Assembly (NCBI GenBank): GCA_944389415.1
Contig: CALXMF010000005.1
Span: 19,798 to 83,797, forward strand
DNA length: 64,000 bases
Source: an uncultured Spirochaetota bacterium
Lineage (GTDB): Bacteria; Spirochaetota; Spirochaetia; Treponematales; Treponemataceae
Direction: 5' to 3'
Shown: in pieces, positions 18,094 through 27,012 of the stretch
How positions within the stretch are numbered: the first letter of the stretch is position 1
How the letters are laid out: each line of letters opens with the position of its first letter
Position numbers and translations under genes: made by a program
The notes under the pieces: model-generated
Database searches by the model: none
What the model was told of the DNA's origin: nothing
The model's input: only the letters and a program-made list of their open reading frames with translations

Positions 18094-18252
18094 TTACTCA
18101 GGCTGGAACATATCTTTACCTACACCACAAACCGGGCAAACCCAGCTATCCGGAATGTCTTCGAACGCGGTTCCGGGAGCAATTCCACCATCAGGATCTC
18201 CAACTGCCGGATCATATACATATCCGCATGCTGTACAGACATATTTCTGCAT
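18094..18252 (-). CDS. Rubredoxin (52 aa). It is not in the supplied ORF track, being below its apparent 60-aa cutoff.
   Basis: GGAGG RBS, then [52 protein letters not shown], with both CxxCG knuckles and the conserved aromatic core. Confidence 0.92.
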   Translation of the reverse strand: MQKYVCTACGYVYDPAVGDPDGGIAPGTAFEDIPDSWVCPVCGVGKDMFQPE

Positions 18253-18382
18253 AATACGGCCTCCTTATAATTTTCTGCAGCTTTCCAGCTGTGACTACAG
18301 TATAACAGAACTACAATAAAAAATCCATCAATTACATTATACAATCAGCAATCAATCCTGCTAAAAACACCATGCTGTGATA

Positions 18383-20140
18383 TCACCGGCCAATCAGGCT
18401 ATCCAATTCCGCAGTCAACTCCAATAATTTCTGATCATCAGGATTAAGCGCAACAGCCTGCCTGAGATAATACTGCGCTTTTCTGAAATCCTGCTGTTCA
18501 AAATAATAGCGATACAGCTGAAAAAGCGCATCTGCATTTCTTGGATTTGAAGTAAGACTTAAACGTAAATCTGCAAGACGGTCACTATTATTTTTTTGCA
18601 ATATCCCCCGCTGATAGTACAGAAAACTTTTAAAAGTCTGCGTCGCCTTTGGCAGACGATTGTTGATGATTTGTAAGACCTCACCAGTCCGTCCCTGCGC
18701 AAACAGCACTTTAAGATATGAGGTACAGATATCTTCATTTTCTGAATCAGCCGAGTACAAAGCCTGCGCAAGTCGATATGCCTCGGAAAGATAATCCAGC
18801 ATAATACAGATATCAATATGTTTCAGCGATACCGCAAGAGGAATCTCCGGCGCTAGCAGAGACATCAAATGCGCATTTGTATCATATGCCAGTTTCCACT
18901 GCTGTTCTTTTATAGCCGCATTTACTGAAACACTCAGCGCATCAATATTATCTACATCAGAAACTAAAATCTGCGCCGCAAGTTCTCCGGCACTTTTACC
19001 GGCAAGTAATCTGCCTGTTTCATCAGCCAGTTCTGCGGCAGCCAGAATAACAGCAGTATCTTCCGGATAACGAACAAGAGCCTCTTCTATAGTTGCAGCG
19101 GCGGCAGCTGAATTTTTATTCCACTGCTGCTGTATCTGCGAACGCAAAAGCAGATAATCACGAGACGTCTTATCTGTCCGGCCGTACACATCAAGCAAAG
19201 ACGCAGCACGTATAAAATCCTCTTTTTTAACAAGAATACGTACCCGAAACAAAACATAATAACTGTTTTCAGGTTCTTTCTGGAGAACCTGCGCAACAAA
19301 CGCCTCCGCCCGATCATAGTCTTCCAATATAAAAGACGATTCAGCACATAGTTTCAGTATATCAATATTTTGAGGATATTGTTTTTGTAATTCCAAACCG
19401 ATGTTATATGCTTCACGGGAATTTCCAACAGCAAGACAAGTCATTGCTTTCATATAACGGACTCTCAGACAAGATGCATCCAACTGCTCAGCTGCAGAAA
19501 ACTGTTCTAAAGCCATAGAATAGCGTTGCTGCCTGTAATAAAGGAGCCCCAACAAGTAACGGGCCAGCACTGACTGTGAATTCAGCGCTAAGGCATTCTG
19601 AAGGTCATTCTCTGCTTCAGCAAAAAAATCATCTCTGGACGGGGATGTCAAAAGCACCAGCGACGGCAATACCAGTGTTAAAAAATCAGTTCGCCCAGTA
19701 TTAACATCATATACTCCCATACGGGCAGAAGCGACAGCTCCTGTATAGGGATTCGTATCAGCAACTACAGGAAGATCCCAGGTAATTTGGGCGTCAGGCC
19801 ACACAATCTGCATTACAGCGCCGGCAACAGCAAGCAGCACTTTATCAGTTTCAGTATACTCAATATTCGATTTGCGAATTTTCGCGGCTGCACTGCGTAA
19901 AGATGAAGGAGAACCAGTCTCAAGATCAGCAAGAATTGATGGGTCAGAATACGAAAAGAAAGAATGCGAAATATTCTCAGGAACAGCAAGTTTCACAACA
20001 GCAGTATCCGCCGCTGGCTGTTCTGAAGATCCTTCTGTATTCAATTCACTCACGTTTTCCGTTGATATACATCCTGAAAGAGAAAATATAACGCACATGC
20101 AGAAAATAAAACACAGAGAATCTTTAGACAGAGGCATCAA
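18383..20140 (-). CDS. TPR-repeat lipoprotein
   Basis: Signal peptide with lipobox LSGC and multiple TPR-like helical repeats (ALNSQSVLARYLLGLLYYRQQRYSMALEQF, ALFQLYRYYFEQQDFRKAQYYLRQAVALNP). Confidence 0.8.
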   Translation of the reverse strand: MMPLSKDSLCFIFCMCVIFSLSGCISTENVSELNTEGSSEQPAADTAVVKLAVPENISHSFFSYSDPSILADLETGSPSSLRSAAAKIRKSNIEYTETDKVLLAVAGAVMQIVWPDAQITWDLPVVADTNPYTGAVASARMGVYDVNTGRTDFLTLVLPSLVLLTSPSRDDFFAEAENDLQNALALNSQSVLARYLLGLLYYRQQRYSMALEQFSAAEQLDASCLRVRYMKAMTCLAVGNSREAYNIGLELQKQYPQNIDILKLCAESSFILEDYDRAEAFVAQVLQKEPENSYYVLFRVRILVKKEDFIRAASLLDVYGRTDKTSRDYLLLRSQIQQQWNKNSAAAAATIEEALVRYPEDTAVILAAAELADETGRLLAGKSAGELAAQILVSDVDNIDALSVSVNAAIKEQQWKLAYDTNAHLMSLLAPEIPLAVSLKHIDICIMLDYLSEAYRLAQALYSADSENEDICTSYLKVLFAQGRTGEVLQIINNRLPKATQTFKSFLYYQRGILQKNNSDRLADLRLSLTSNPRNADALFQLYRYYFEQQDFRKAQYYLRQAVALNPDDQKLLELTAELDSLIGR

Positions 20141-20751
20141 AAATCCTCTCCGTCATCCTCAAATAAATCGATTTCATCTACACCAAAATGAAATGACTGT
20201 AATTTCTTTTGATAAACAAAAAGCACAAGCAGCCCAACACCTGCTAAAATGAGAATAACAGGCCAGAACTTACCAGCAAATGCAGAAAAAGAAAGCTTTA
20301 TGATATCAAAAGAAAAAAGCGATAATACGCCACCTAAGAACAGCATCATTATTGCAGGCACAAAATACCGGGGACGCAATCCGCGATATTTATACAATCC
20401 GCTGCAAATCAGAGAAACCGCAAACACAACAGAAAAAAGCGGCCAGAGCTGCACCAACGAAAACGGAAGTATTGAAGAATTACTTAATAAAATTAAAATA
20501 GAACCGATACTCAAAAAGAAACCGGTAAATACAACACCAGACTTAACATGACGGGTAAATCCGCGGTAAAGAAGGACTGTTCCCATACAAAAAAATGCCG
20601 CCGGCAGCCAAAATTCAAGCCCGGGATTTGTATCTGTAAAGAAATAAATGAGCAGTAATATTCCCAGCACAATAAAAACAAGTCCCGCCGCCAGCAATAT
20701 ATTAATCACAGACGGATATGGAGTATTATTCCGAGGTACAAAATCTTTCAT
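20137..20751 (-). CDS. Integral membrane protein (about 6 TM), unknown function
   Basis: 204 aa, strongly hydrophobic, with a 4-nt overlap with the downstream TPR lipoprotein gene. Confidence 0.7.
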   Translation of the reverse strand: MKDFVPRNNTPYPSVINILLAAGLVFIVLGILLLIYFFTDTNPGLEFWLPAAFFCMGTVLLYRGFTRHVKSGVVFTGFFLSIGSILILLSNSSILPFSLVQLWPLFSVVFAVSLICSGLYKYRGLRPRYFVPAIMMLFLGGVLSLFSFDIIKLSFSAFAGKFWPVILILAGVGLLVLFVYQKKLQSFHFGVDEIDLFEDDGEDF

Positions 20752-20830
20752 GCTTTTTAACCTGTTAACCTATACAATACACTACAATGGCGCTCTTGCC
20801 AATAACAAAGCCGAATGTTACAATCAAAAT

Positions 20831-21877
20831 ATGTTATACCCAATCATTCCGGTTATTCTCTGCATAACCAGCATGATATATACCGCCTGCGCGCCTGCTG
20901 TAAATGATAAGCTATACGATACATTTGATGAAACACAGCGTCAAATCAGTCTGCTTCTGGAAAACACGGATCTGAAAGCTGAGACACGGTACGCAGCAGT
21001 TAATCAGATAGCCAAAAATCTGCTTGCGGCAGAGCAATACAATCAGTTAATTCTGTTTCTTACCGACTATGTTGAAAAACATCCGCAGGATCAGTATAAC
21101 GCATACTGGCTGCTCATGGTAGCGCATGTATATATGCAGACAGATGGCAAACCATTTGCAGAATATTACTTTGACCGCATTTTAAAACAGTATCCTGACT
21201 TGATGTTACAAAATAATTCTATTCACTTCTTATGCCTACAGAATCTTATCAGAATCAGTAATACTCCGCAGGATCGGATATACTATTTTCAGCAGCTGAT
21301 CAACCGTTTTCCTAATAATGTAAACACAACTGAATTATATTACCGGCTCGCACAGGAATATGAAAAAGAAGGAGAATGGGATTCGGCGATCAAATCATAT
21401 GAATTATTTCTTGATCAGAGCGATGCCTCTTCCATACAAATTGCCGGCAGCCCAGAGGCATACAATTATGCACGCATGCTCATAGACTTTAATAATTCTC
21501 CCAAAGACTGGACATTTGAAAGTCTTGAGGCTCTCGAAGAAGCCATAAAAACAGCAATAACCAGATACAACTACCGCGATCTGGATAAATATAAATCGAA
21601 AGTTAACTTTTTTGCCATGTCTTGGAAACAGGATGCGACAGATACAAACAGTCAGGAAGATTTTTCCATGAGCAGCTTTATGCGCGGCAACCGCATCCGG
21701 TATAACGCAGAACTCGATGAATCATCAAATCCCAATGAAGCATATCTGCGGACTTGGGGATGGAGTAATTATATTTCTGTATGGTATCTGTATTTCAGAA
21801 AAGTCAACTTTCCAGCAGATCCGGAAATTCACGGACGATGGGAATGGGCAGGTATTTATTTTGGAGAAAAACTGTGA
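20831..21877 (+). CDS. Putative lipoprotein with TPR-like repeats
   Basis: Start moved to MLYPIIPVILCITSMIYTAC because the longer ORF overlaps the divergent gene. The stop overlaps the next start (TGATG at 21875-21879). Confidence 0.65.
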   Translation: MLYPIIPVILCITSMIYTACAPAVNDKLYDTFDETQRQISLLLENTDLKAETRYAAVNQIAKNLLAAEQYNQLILFLTDYVEKHPQDQYNAYWLLMVAHVYMQTDGKPFAEYYFDRILKQYPDLMLQNNSIHFLCLQNLIRISNTPQDRIYYFQQLINRFPNNVNTTELYYRLAQEYEKEGEWDSAIKSYELFLDQSDASSIQIAGSPEAYNYARMLIDFNNSPKDWTFESLEALEEAIKTAITRYNYRDLDKYKSKVNFFAMSWKQDATDTNSQEDFSMSSFMRGNRIRYNAELDESSNPNEAYLRTWGWSNYISVWYLYFRKVNFPADPEIHGRWEWAGIYFGEKL

Positions 21878-23142
21878 TGCCGTTTATATTCGGTACCGCT
21901 AAAACAGTACTGGCAGCAGGGCTTCTTGCGGCAGCAATTCCCGCCGCTGCAACAAATGAATATGCGGAATTACTGCGGCCGGATGATGAAGAACCGGCTG
22001 TAATTGCTATTTCGGCGGATGGAGAAATACAACTTACACCTCTTGAAGACGTAGCTCCAAATACCAGCGAAACGCAGCTTGCGTCAACAGATACGGTATC
22101 ACAAATTGCCGCCTCAAAAGCAGAAGAAACTGTTTCTGCGGATGAGCAGGAACTCCAACAGTCAGCAGTGCAGGACTCAAGCGTTTTATACAGAGAACTG
22201 ACAATCCCCTACCCCGCAGATGATCCGCTTATAAAAAAATACAAACAGGAATATCTGTCATCCTATGGACAGAAATGGCTGAAAGAAGTGCTGGAGGCAG
22301 GAACCCCGTACCGTGCGTATATCCGGGATCAGATAAAGAAAATGGGGCTCCCGCCTGAATTGGAATATCTGCCTATTGTAGAGTCCAATTATAAAATTAC
22401 CGCTGTTTCCAAATCAGGCGCGACCGGCATGTGGCAGTTTATGGAAAACAGCATGTATCCGTTTCTCAGCAAAAATCAATGGATTGATGAACGTTACGAT
22501 CCCTGGAAATCAACAGACGCGGCACTGCGAAAGCTGAAAGACAATTACCGCATGTTTCAAGACTGGCCGCTCGCTATCGCAGCATACAACTGCGGAGCCG
22601 GAGCATTATCCAGAGCGCTCAAAAATGCGGAAATAAAAACATTCTGGTATTTATCTGAAAACAATCTGATAAAAAATGAATCAATGAATTATGTACCAAA
22701 ACTGCTTGTAATAGCAGATATCATTATAAACAAAGACTGGTACGGTATTGATTTACCAGAAATTGATGAAGCGCAGACTCCTGATTTTGAAGAAATAGTT
22801 TTAAACGGCAGCGTCAATCTGCATTTACTCGCACAAAAAGAGGAAACAGGCGGAAAAGCAATTATGTTTCTAAATCCGGCCGTCCTCACTGGTATTACAC
22901 CGCCAGGCAACGCGTACCGTCTGCGTATACCGGCAGGTACACGAACAGCTATCGAAACAACGCTGAAAGAACAAAATATTTCTATCTATAATGATGTATA
23001 TACTGTTCAAAAAGGCGACACGCTCTGGGGCATCTCCCGCAGATATGGCATCACAGTAAATGACCTGTGCATGGCAAACAATCTTAATGAAAAGGGAATT
23101 TTATCTATCGGACGTACTATCGTAGTGCCGATAATTAATTAA
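21877..23142 (+). CDS. MltD-like lytic transglycosylase with C-terminal LysM domain
   Basis: SLT motifs ESNYK, GATGMWQFM and AAYNCGAG. LysM: YTVQKGDTLWGISRRYGITVNDLCMANNL. Confidence 0.85.
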   Translation: MPFIFGTAKTVLAAGLLAAAIPAAATNEYAELLRPDDEEPAVIAISADGEIQLTPLEDVAPNTSETQLASTDTVSQIAASKAEETVSADEQELQQSAVQDSSVLYRELTIPYPADDPLIKKYKQEYLSSYGQKWLKEVLEAGTPYRAYIRDQIKKMGLPPELEYLPIVESNYKITAVSKSGATGMWQFMENSMYPFLSKNQWIDERYDPWKSTDAALRKLKDNYRMFQDWPLAIAAYNCGAGALSRALKNAEIKTFWYLSENNLIKNESMNYVPKLLVIADIIINKDWYGIDLPEIDEAQTPDFEEIVLNGSVNLHLLAQKEETGGKAIMFLNPAVLTGITPPGNAYRLRIPAGTRTAIETTLKEQNISIYNDVYTVQKGDTLWGISRRYGITVNDLCMANNLNEKGILSIGRTIVVPIIN

Positions 23143-23147
23143 CTATT

Positions 23148-24527
23148 ATGTGTGTAACTAATTTTTTTAGAAAATACAGAAAAAAAATCTTACAGACGAC
23201 CATTGCGGCTGCCTGTTTCTATACAGCCGCGCAGCTGTATGCGCAAACAGGGGTAATGGAATCACAAAGTCTCGTTGACTGGAGCAGCCAGCTCTTTACT
23301 TCTGATGTACAATATGATATTCAGCAGGCGGGTATTCCGATCCCCTCAGGCAAACGGGTTATATCAAACAGAATAAGCGTGCAGCTGCCGATTTTGATAA
23401 AAGATCCTCTTCTGGCACTGCCTGTTGATTCATCAAACACTATCGAAGATATGGTACGAAATGGCAGCATTACCCTCGCCCATATAACCGAGATTATTGA
23501 AGGAACCGGTATCAAACCAATAGTATTTGACCAGCCAGGAACGTCAGTACATACAACACATACACTTGATCTGCATTCGATAGGGGCTGCGCTTGTAAAA
23601 CATTCGGTATCAAATCCGACAAAAGAACCTATTGAACAAGTTTCATCCCGTCCCTATTCCGGCATTATTATTGATGCCCGTGGAGCGCTGCCTGTTCATG
23701 GTGAATACGTGGCAGCAAACGGAATTCCCTGTTTTTTTCCCACTATCTGGGATGAAAATATGGATCGCCTGTATGATAAAAATACAATAGAACCATCCAT
23801 AGCTAAAACACAGGGTATTGTTTATTATGACTATATAGATGATATCAGCAGGTACAGCGACCGCATCGGTACAGATCCGCTGCGCATTATCGCGCGGGAA
23901 ATTTACGGTATTAACCGCACCGATCCGGTAATATCCCGAAACGACGCGCTTAAAATTTTATCTGTACCTGAAAACCGCCAACTGCTCACAGAGGGTAAAA
24001 TCGTCATCCTTCTTGATGAAGACCGTATTGCCTACCGGGCAAAAGTACCGATAAAAGACGATAACTATTATCTGACGTACCGCAGCCTCAAACAATACAC
24101 CTATGAAAACAAGGTTCCCGATATTGCAATAGCTGACAGCGCGACAGGGCTGAAAATTCTGATGGAGAATCTGAATTTTAAAGCAGATCTTGCAGAACTG
24201 CTTCCGCAGGAACAAACCCGTCTGGATGATATAGCAAAGATGATAAACGAAGCGCTCAAAACGAATGAATACACAATCACCGTCGAAGGCCATACCGCGA
24301 GCGTCGGCAAACCAAACGGAGAAATGAATCTGTCTATCGAACGCGCTCAGGCAATTATACAGGCGCTGGTTGATAGAGGTATCCCCCGCGAGTTATTTAA
24401 TTATCAGGGATACGGCGGTACAAAACCGATTGGCGACAACAGCACTGACGAAGGACGCGCCCGCAACCGCCGCGTAGAAATCATTCTGCTGCCGAATACA
24501 AGTTATATTCAGCGAAACTGGCAGTAA
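23148..24527 (+). CDS. OmpA-domain envelope protein
   Basis: Signal peptide and a C-terminal OmpA-like domain (TVEGHTASVG...NMNLSIERAQAI...GRARNRRVEI). Confidence 0.85.
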   Translation: MCVTNFFRKYRKKILQTTIAAACFYTAAQLYAQTGVMESQSLVDWSSQLFTSDVQYDIQQAGIPIPSGKRVISNRISVQLPILIKDPLLALPVDSSNTIEDMVRNGSITLAHITEIIEGTGIKPIVFDQPGTSVHTTHTLDLHSIGAALVKHSVSNPTKEPIEQVSSRPYSGIIIDARGALPVHGEYVAANGIPCFFPTIWDENMDRLYDKNTIEPSIAKTQGIVYYDYIDDISRYSDRIGTDPLRIIAREIYGINRTDPVISRNDALKILSVPENRQLLTEGKIVILLDEDRIAYRAKVPIKDDNYYLTYRSLKQYTYENKVPDIAIADSATGLKILMENLNFKADLAELLPQEQTRLDDIAKMINEALKTNEYTITVEGHTASVGKPNGEMNLSIERAQAIIQALVDRGIPRELFNYQGYGGTKPIGDNSTDEGRARNRRVEIILLPNTSYIQRNWQ

Positions 24528-24540
24528 TTCATCAGCGCAT

Positions 24541-24577
24541 AAAAAAAGCTGCACCGGATTTTCCGTGCAGCTTTTTT
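24541..24577. terminator. Bidirectional rho-independent terminator
   Basis: aaaaaaaGCTGCAC-loop-GTGCAGCtttttt between convergent genes. Confidence 0.7.
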
Positions 24578-24592
24578 ATTGTTTTTTACCAG

Positions 24593-25264
24593 TTAAAAAC
24601 CAGAATTCTGCATAATTGAGCGGACGTTCGCAGCAGCAGCCTGCTGATCAGCAGTCATATCAGCAGCATCTTCATTGGCGATTTTTTCAAGCATCATACT
24701 TACCTGCTCATCAAGCGTATCTTTTGGAATCACATACAGCACAAACGCACGATACAGATCGGTATATGATTTTTCATCATCCACATCATATGTCCGTGTC
24801 CGAAGCCACCAGTCATTGATTTTACGGGCTCCGGAATAGGTCGCTGACGCGGAGGCCTTCACCACATCTTCAAAATACGTTCCATACACTCCATCAGGAG
24901 AACCATTCGCAGCTCCGGTAAAAAGACTTTCCACGCGGGAAGAAACTGTTCCTGCAATCTCACGCGGCACATCAAAAGAATCAGCCCAGCTGCGCACCGC
25001 TTCAAGATTTGTACCTGTCATCTCACCGACAAAACAGTAATTGCCATTATAATCAGAAAGTTTCTCCAAACCAGTGATACCGCTTTCAATATATGTTTCC
25101 ACCCATACAGGCAGTTTATTAATACCCAGACTGGAGCCTTTATGCTCAAGGACTTCAGTCTTAGTTACACCTTCAAGGTCACGGGCTTCCTGTTCAGTTG
25201 ATTTACACCCTGCCGCGAACAATAATATACAGACCGCCGCCGCGGCATATCCAAAGCGTTTCAT
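24593..25264 (-). CDS. Lipoprotein, unknown function
   Basis: Signal peptide with lipobox LFAAGC; 223 aa. Confidence 0.7.
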   Translation of the reverse strand: MKRFGYAAAAVCILLFAAGCKSTEQEARDLEGVTKTEVLEHKGSSLGINKLPVWVETYIESGITGLEKLSDYNGNYCFVGEMTGTNLEAVRSWADSFDVPREIAGTVSSRVESLFTGAANGSPDGVYGTYFEDVVKASASATYSGARKINDWWLRTRTYDVDDEKSYTDLYRAFVLYVIPKDTLDEQVSMMLEKIANEDAADMTADQQAAAANVRSIMQNSGF

Positions 25265-25383
25265 TTATACCCCCATAAATAATAGTAATGGATATATACT
25301 ACACTTTTTTTTCAAAGAAACGCAATACAGATTCACAGATTACCATATTGCATATTTTCGATATTCCCACTATAGTACAGCGT

Positions 25384-25872
25384 ATGATTCGTGAAATTCT
25401 GCTGCTTGGCAACCCCGCTCTCTACCAACGTTCAATGCAGGTAACACAGGCAGACCGACCGCAGCTTTCTCAGATAGAACAGGATCTGCATGACACGCTC
25501 ATGGAATACCGGCGTGTACATAAAGCCGGCCGGGCTATTTCCGCGCCGCAAATCGGTATCAGAAAACGCATTATCTATTTGCATATTGATAAACCGATCC
25601 TGATCATCAACCCCAGTCTGCTCTTTCACAGCCCCGCACAAATCGAAATTATGGATGACTGTATGTCTTTTCCCAATCTGCTTGTCCGGGTGCTCCGCTA
25701 TAAATGCTGCAGACTCAACTACACCGACAGAAATTGGAAAGACGCTTATATCGATGCGGAAGATGATCTTGCTGAACTGCTCCAGCATGAATATGACCAT
25801 CTGGATGGAATTCTTGCCACCATGCGCGCAAAGGACCTTCAGTCATTTTTTATAAAGCCGGAAGCGAAATAG
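25384..25872 (+). CDS. def: Peptide deformylase
   Basis: Start at MIREILLLGNP. Motifs GRAISAPQIG, DDCMSFP (EGCLS-type Cys) and HEYDHLDG. Confidence 0.85.
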   Translation: MIREILLLGNPALYQRSMQVTQADRPQLSQIEQDLHDTLMEYRRVHKAGRAISAPQIGIRKRIIYLHIDKPILIINPSLLFHSPAQIEIMDDCMSFPNLLVRVLRYKCCRLNYTDRNWKDAYIDAEDDLAELLQHEYDHLDGILATMRAKDLQSFFIKPEAK

Positions 25873-25999
25873 ATACAGCGTTTCTTTTTTAATCTCACCC
25901 TGCATAATATCTCAATACTGCAAACCGCGCTGTTTTTAAGTTAATTTTGATTCAATAATAGTGTAAATTCAGATTATTTTTAAATTATCTTTGTTTCAA

Positions 26000-26131
26000 A
26001 AAAAGACTAAAAACGGGTCAAAGAAAGATTATTTTTGTTTTAAAAAAAGATTAAAAACAGATAGAAAAAAGACTATTTTCGTTTAAAAATAAGTGTATAA
26101 ATGAAGAAAAAAAAGATTATCTTTTTCTATA
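26000..26131 (+). repeat. AT-rich dispersed element, copy B: six contiguous 22-bp phased units starting AAAAAGAYTA
   Basis: Units are aaaaagactaaaaacgggtcaa, agaaagattatttttgttttaa, aaaaagattaaaaacagataga, aaaaagactattttcgtttaaa, aataagtgtataaatgaagaaa and aaaaagattatctttttctata. A further AGATTA lies at 25971. Confidence 0.6.
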
Positions 26132-26230
26132 TGATATAGTATTGTTATTAACCCACAGCCATTTTTGTATCTTCACACCTTTTACATAAGCCTACGACAC
26201 TGTATGAGAGTTTATCAAATGAAAAGACGT

Positions 26231-26259
26231 TTGAAAATTTTCTCTGTATGTAGTACAAT
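26231..26259 (+). promoter_or_regulatory. Candidate promoter of the relB/relE-like pair
   Basis: TTGAAA, 17-nt spacer, TACAAT, with AGGAGG RBS at 26272-26277. Confidence 0.4.
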
Positions 26260-26284
26260 ATCCTACACACAAGGAGGTAAACCT

Positions 26285-26506
26285 ATGTCTTTTTCAATAA
26301 GGCTTTCAAAACAGGAAAAAATGCTTGCCGAAAGTTATGCAAAATTACATTCCATCTCGCTGGGAGAAGCCTTTAAAAAGGCTCTATTTGAAAAAATTGA
26401 AGATGAATATGACCTAAAAGTCTATGAAGAATCCTACACCGAATATGTACAGAACGGAAGAAAAAGCCGCCCAATCAGTGAATTGTGGGAAGAACTGGGA
26501 ATATGA
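26285..26506 (+). CDS. Type II antitoxin (ribbon-helix-helix, RelB/DUF6290-like)
   Basis: Strong RBS, then MSFSIRLSKQEKMLAESYAKLHSISLGEAFKKALFEKIEDEYD. ATGA overlap with the toxin gene. Confidence 0.8.
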   Translation: MSFSIRLSKQEKMLAESYAKLHSISLGEAFKKALFEKIEDEYDLKVYEESYTEYVQNGRKSRPISELWEELGI

Positions 26507-26769
26507 ATTTCAGTGTTGAAACAACCGCACAATTCGACAAACAATTCAAAAAACTTGACAGATATACTCAAAAAATGATCAAGGCCTGGATTACAAAAAA
26601 TCTTGAGCACTGTGTCAATCCAAGAGAACATGGCAAAGGTCTCACCGGAAACTTATCTGGATGCTGGCGGTACAGAATCGGTGATTACCGTATAATATGT
26701 GAAATACAGGATCTGAAACTTATAATCCTGGCGCTAACAATCGGGCAGCGCAAAGAAATCTATAATTGA
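26503..26769 (+). CDS. Type II toxin, RelE/ParE family
   Basis: MNFSVETTAQFDKQFKKLD...GCWRYRIGDYRIICEIQDLKLIILALTIGQRKEIY. Confidence 0.85.
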   Translation: MNFSVETTAQFDKQFKKLDRYTQKMIKAWITKNLEHCVNPREHGKGLTGNLSGCWRYRIGDYRIICEIQDLKLIILALTIGQRKEIYN

Positions 26770-26835
26770 TTCTCCTGCTACAAATATGATTATTATCATG
26801 CTGATAAAGCACATAATACCTTCCGCACAGAAATA

Positions 26836-26864
26836 TTGCGCCTGTAAAATTAACATGGTATACT
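26836..26864 (+). promoter_or_regulatory. Candidate promoter of the glycan locus, with a leader of about 140 nt
   Basis: TTGCGC, 17-nt spacer, TATACT. Pattern match only. Confidence 0.3.
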
Positions 26865-27012
26865 GAGCATGTTTATACCGATCTTTGCAGCATGTTTCGG
26901 CAGCGCAAAAATCTATAGGAATTTAATTAAACACACTTTACACCAACATGGGATTTCATGGGAAAGGTGTCTTTATTTAAATTCTCTCTATCATTTCGTT
27001 TGGACTACTACA

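Noticed and set aside
17976-18344. Track ORFs 17976..18254 (+), 17993..18319 (+) and 18120..18344 (-)
   Set aside because: All overlap the 52-aa rubredoxin frame, which has an RBS, canonical motifs and a terminator. The longer ORFs have none.
3884-26131. The two inverted AT-rich elements as terminal inverted repeats of a 22-kb mobile element
   Set aside because: The interval holds core housekeeping operons (rpsP-rplS, secDF, tRNA-Leu) and no transposase or integrase. The elements are better explained as promoter-upstream dispersed repeats.
26000-26131. The 22-bp repeat array as a CRISPR array
   Set aside because: The units are contiguous with no spacers, are degenerate and A/T-rich, and there are no cas genes in the window.
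26869-27012. N-terminal 48-codon extension of the ABC exporter ORF
   Set aside because: The extension has no TM or signal character. The typical exporter N-terminus begins at MHKKESSVIQKF (27013).
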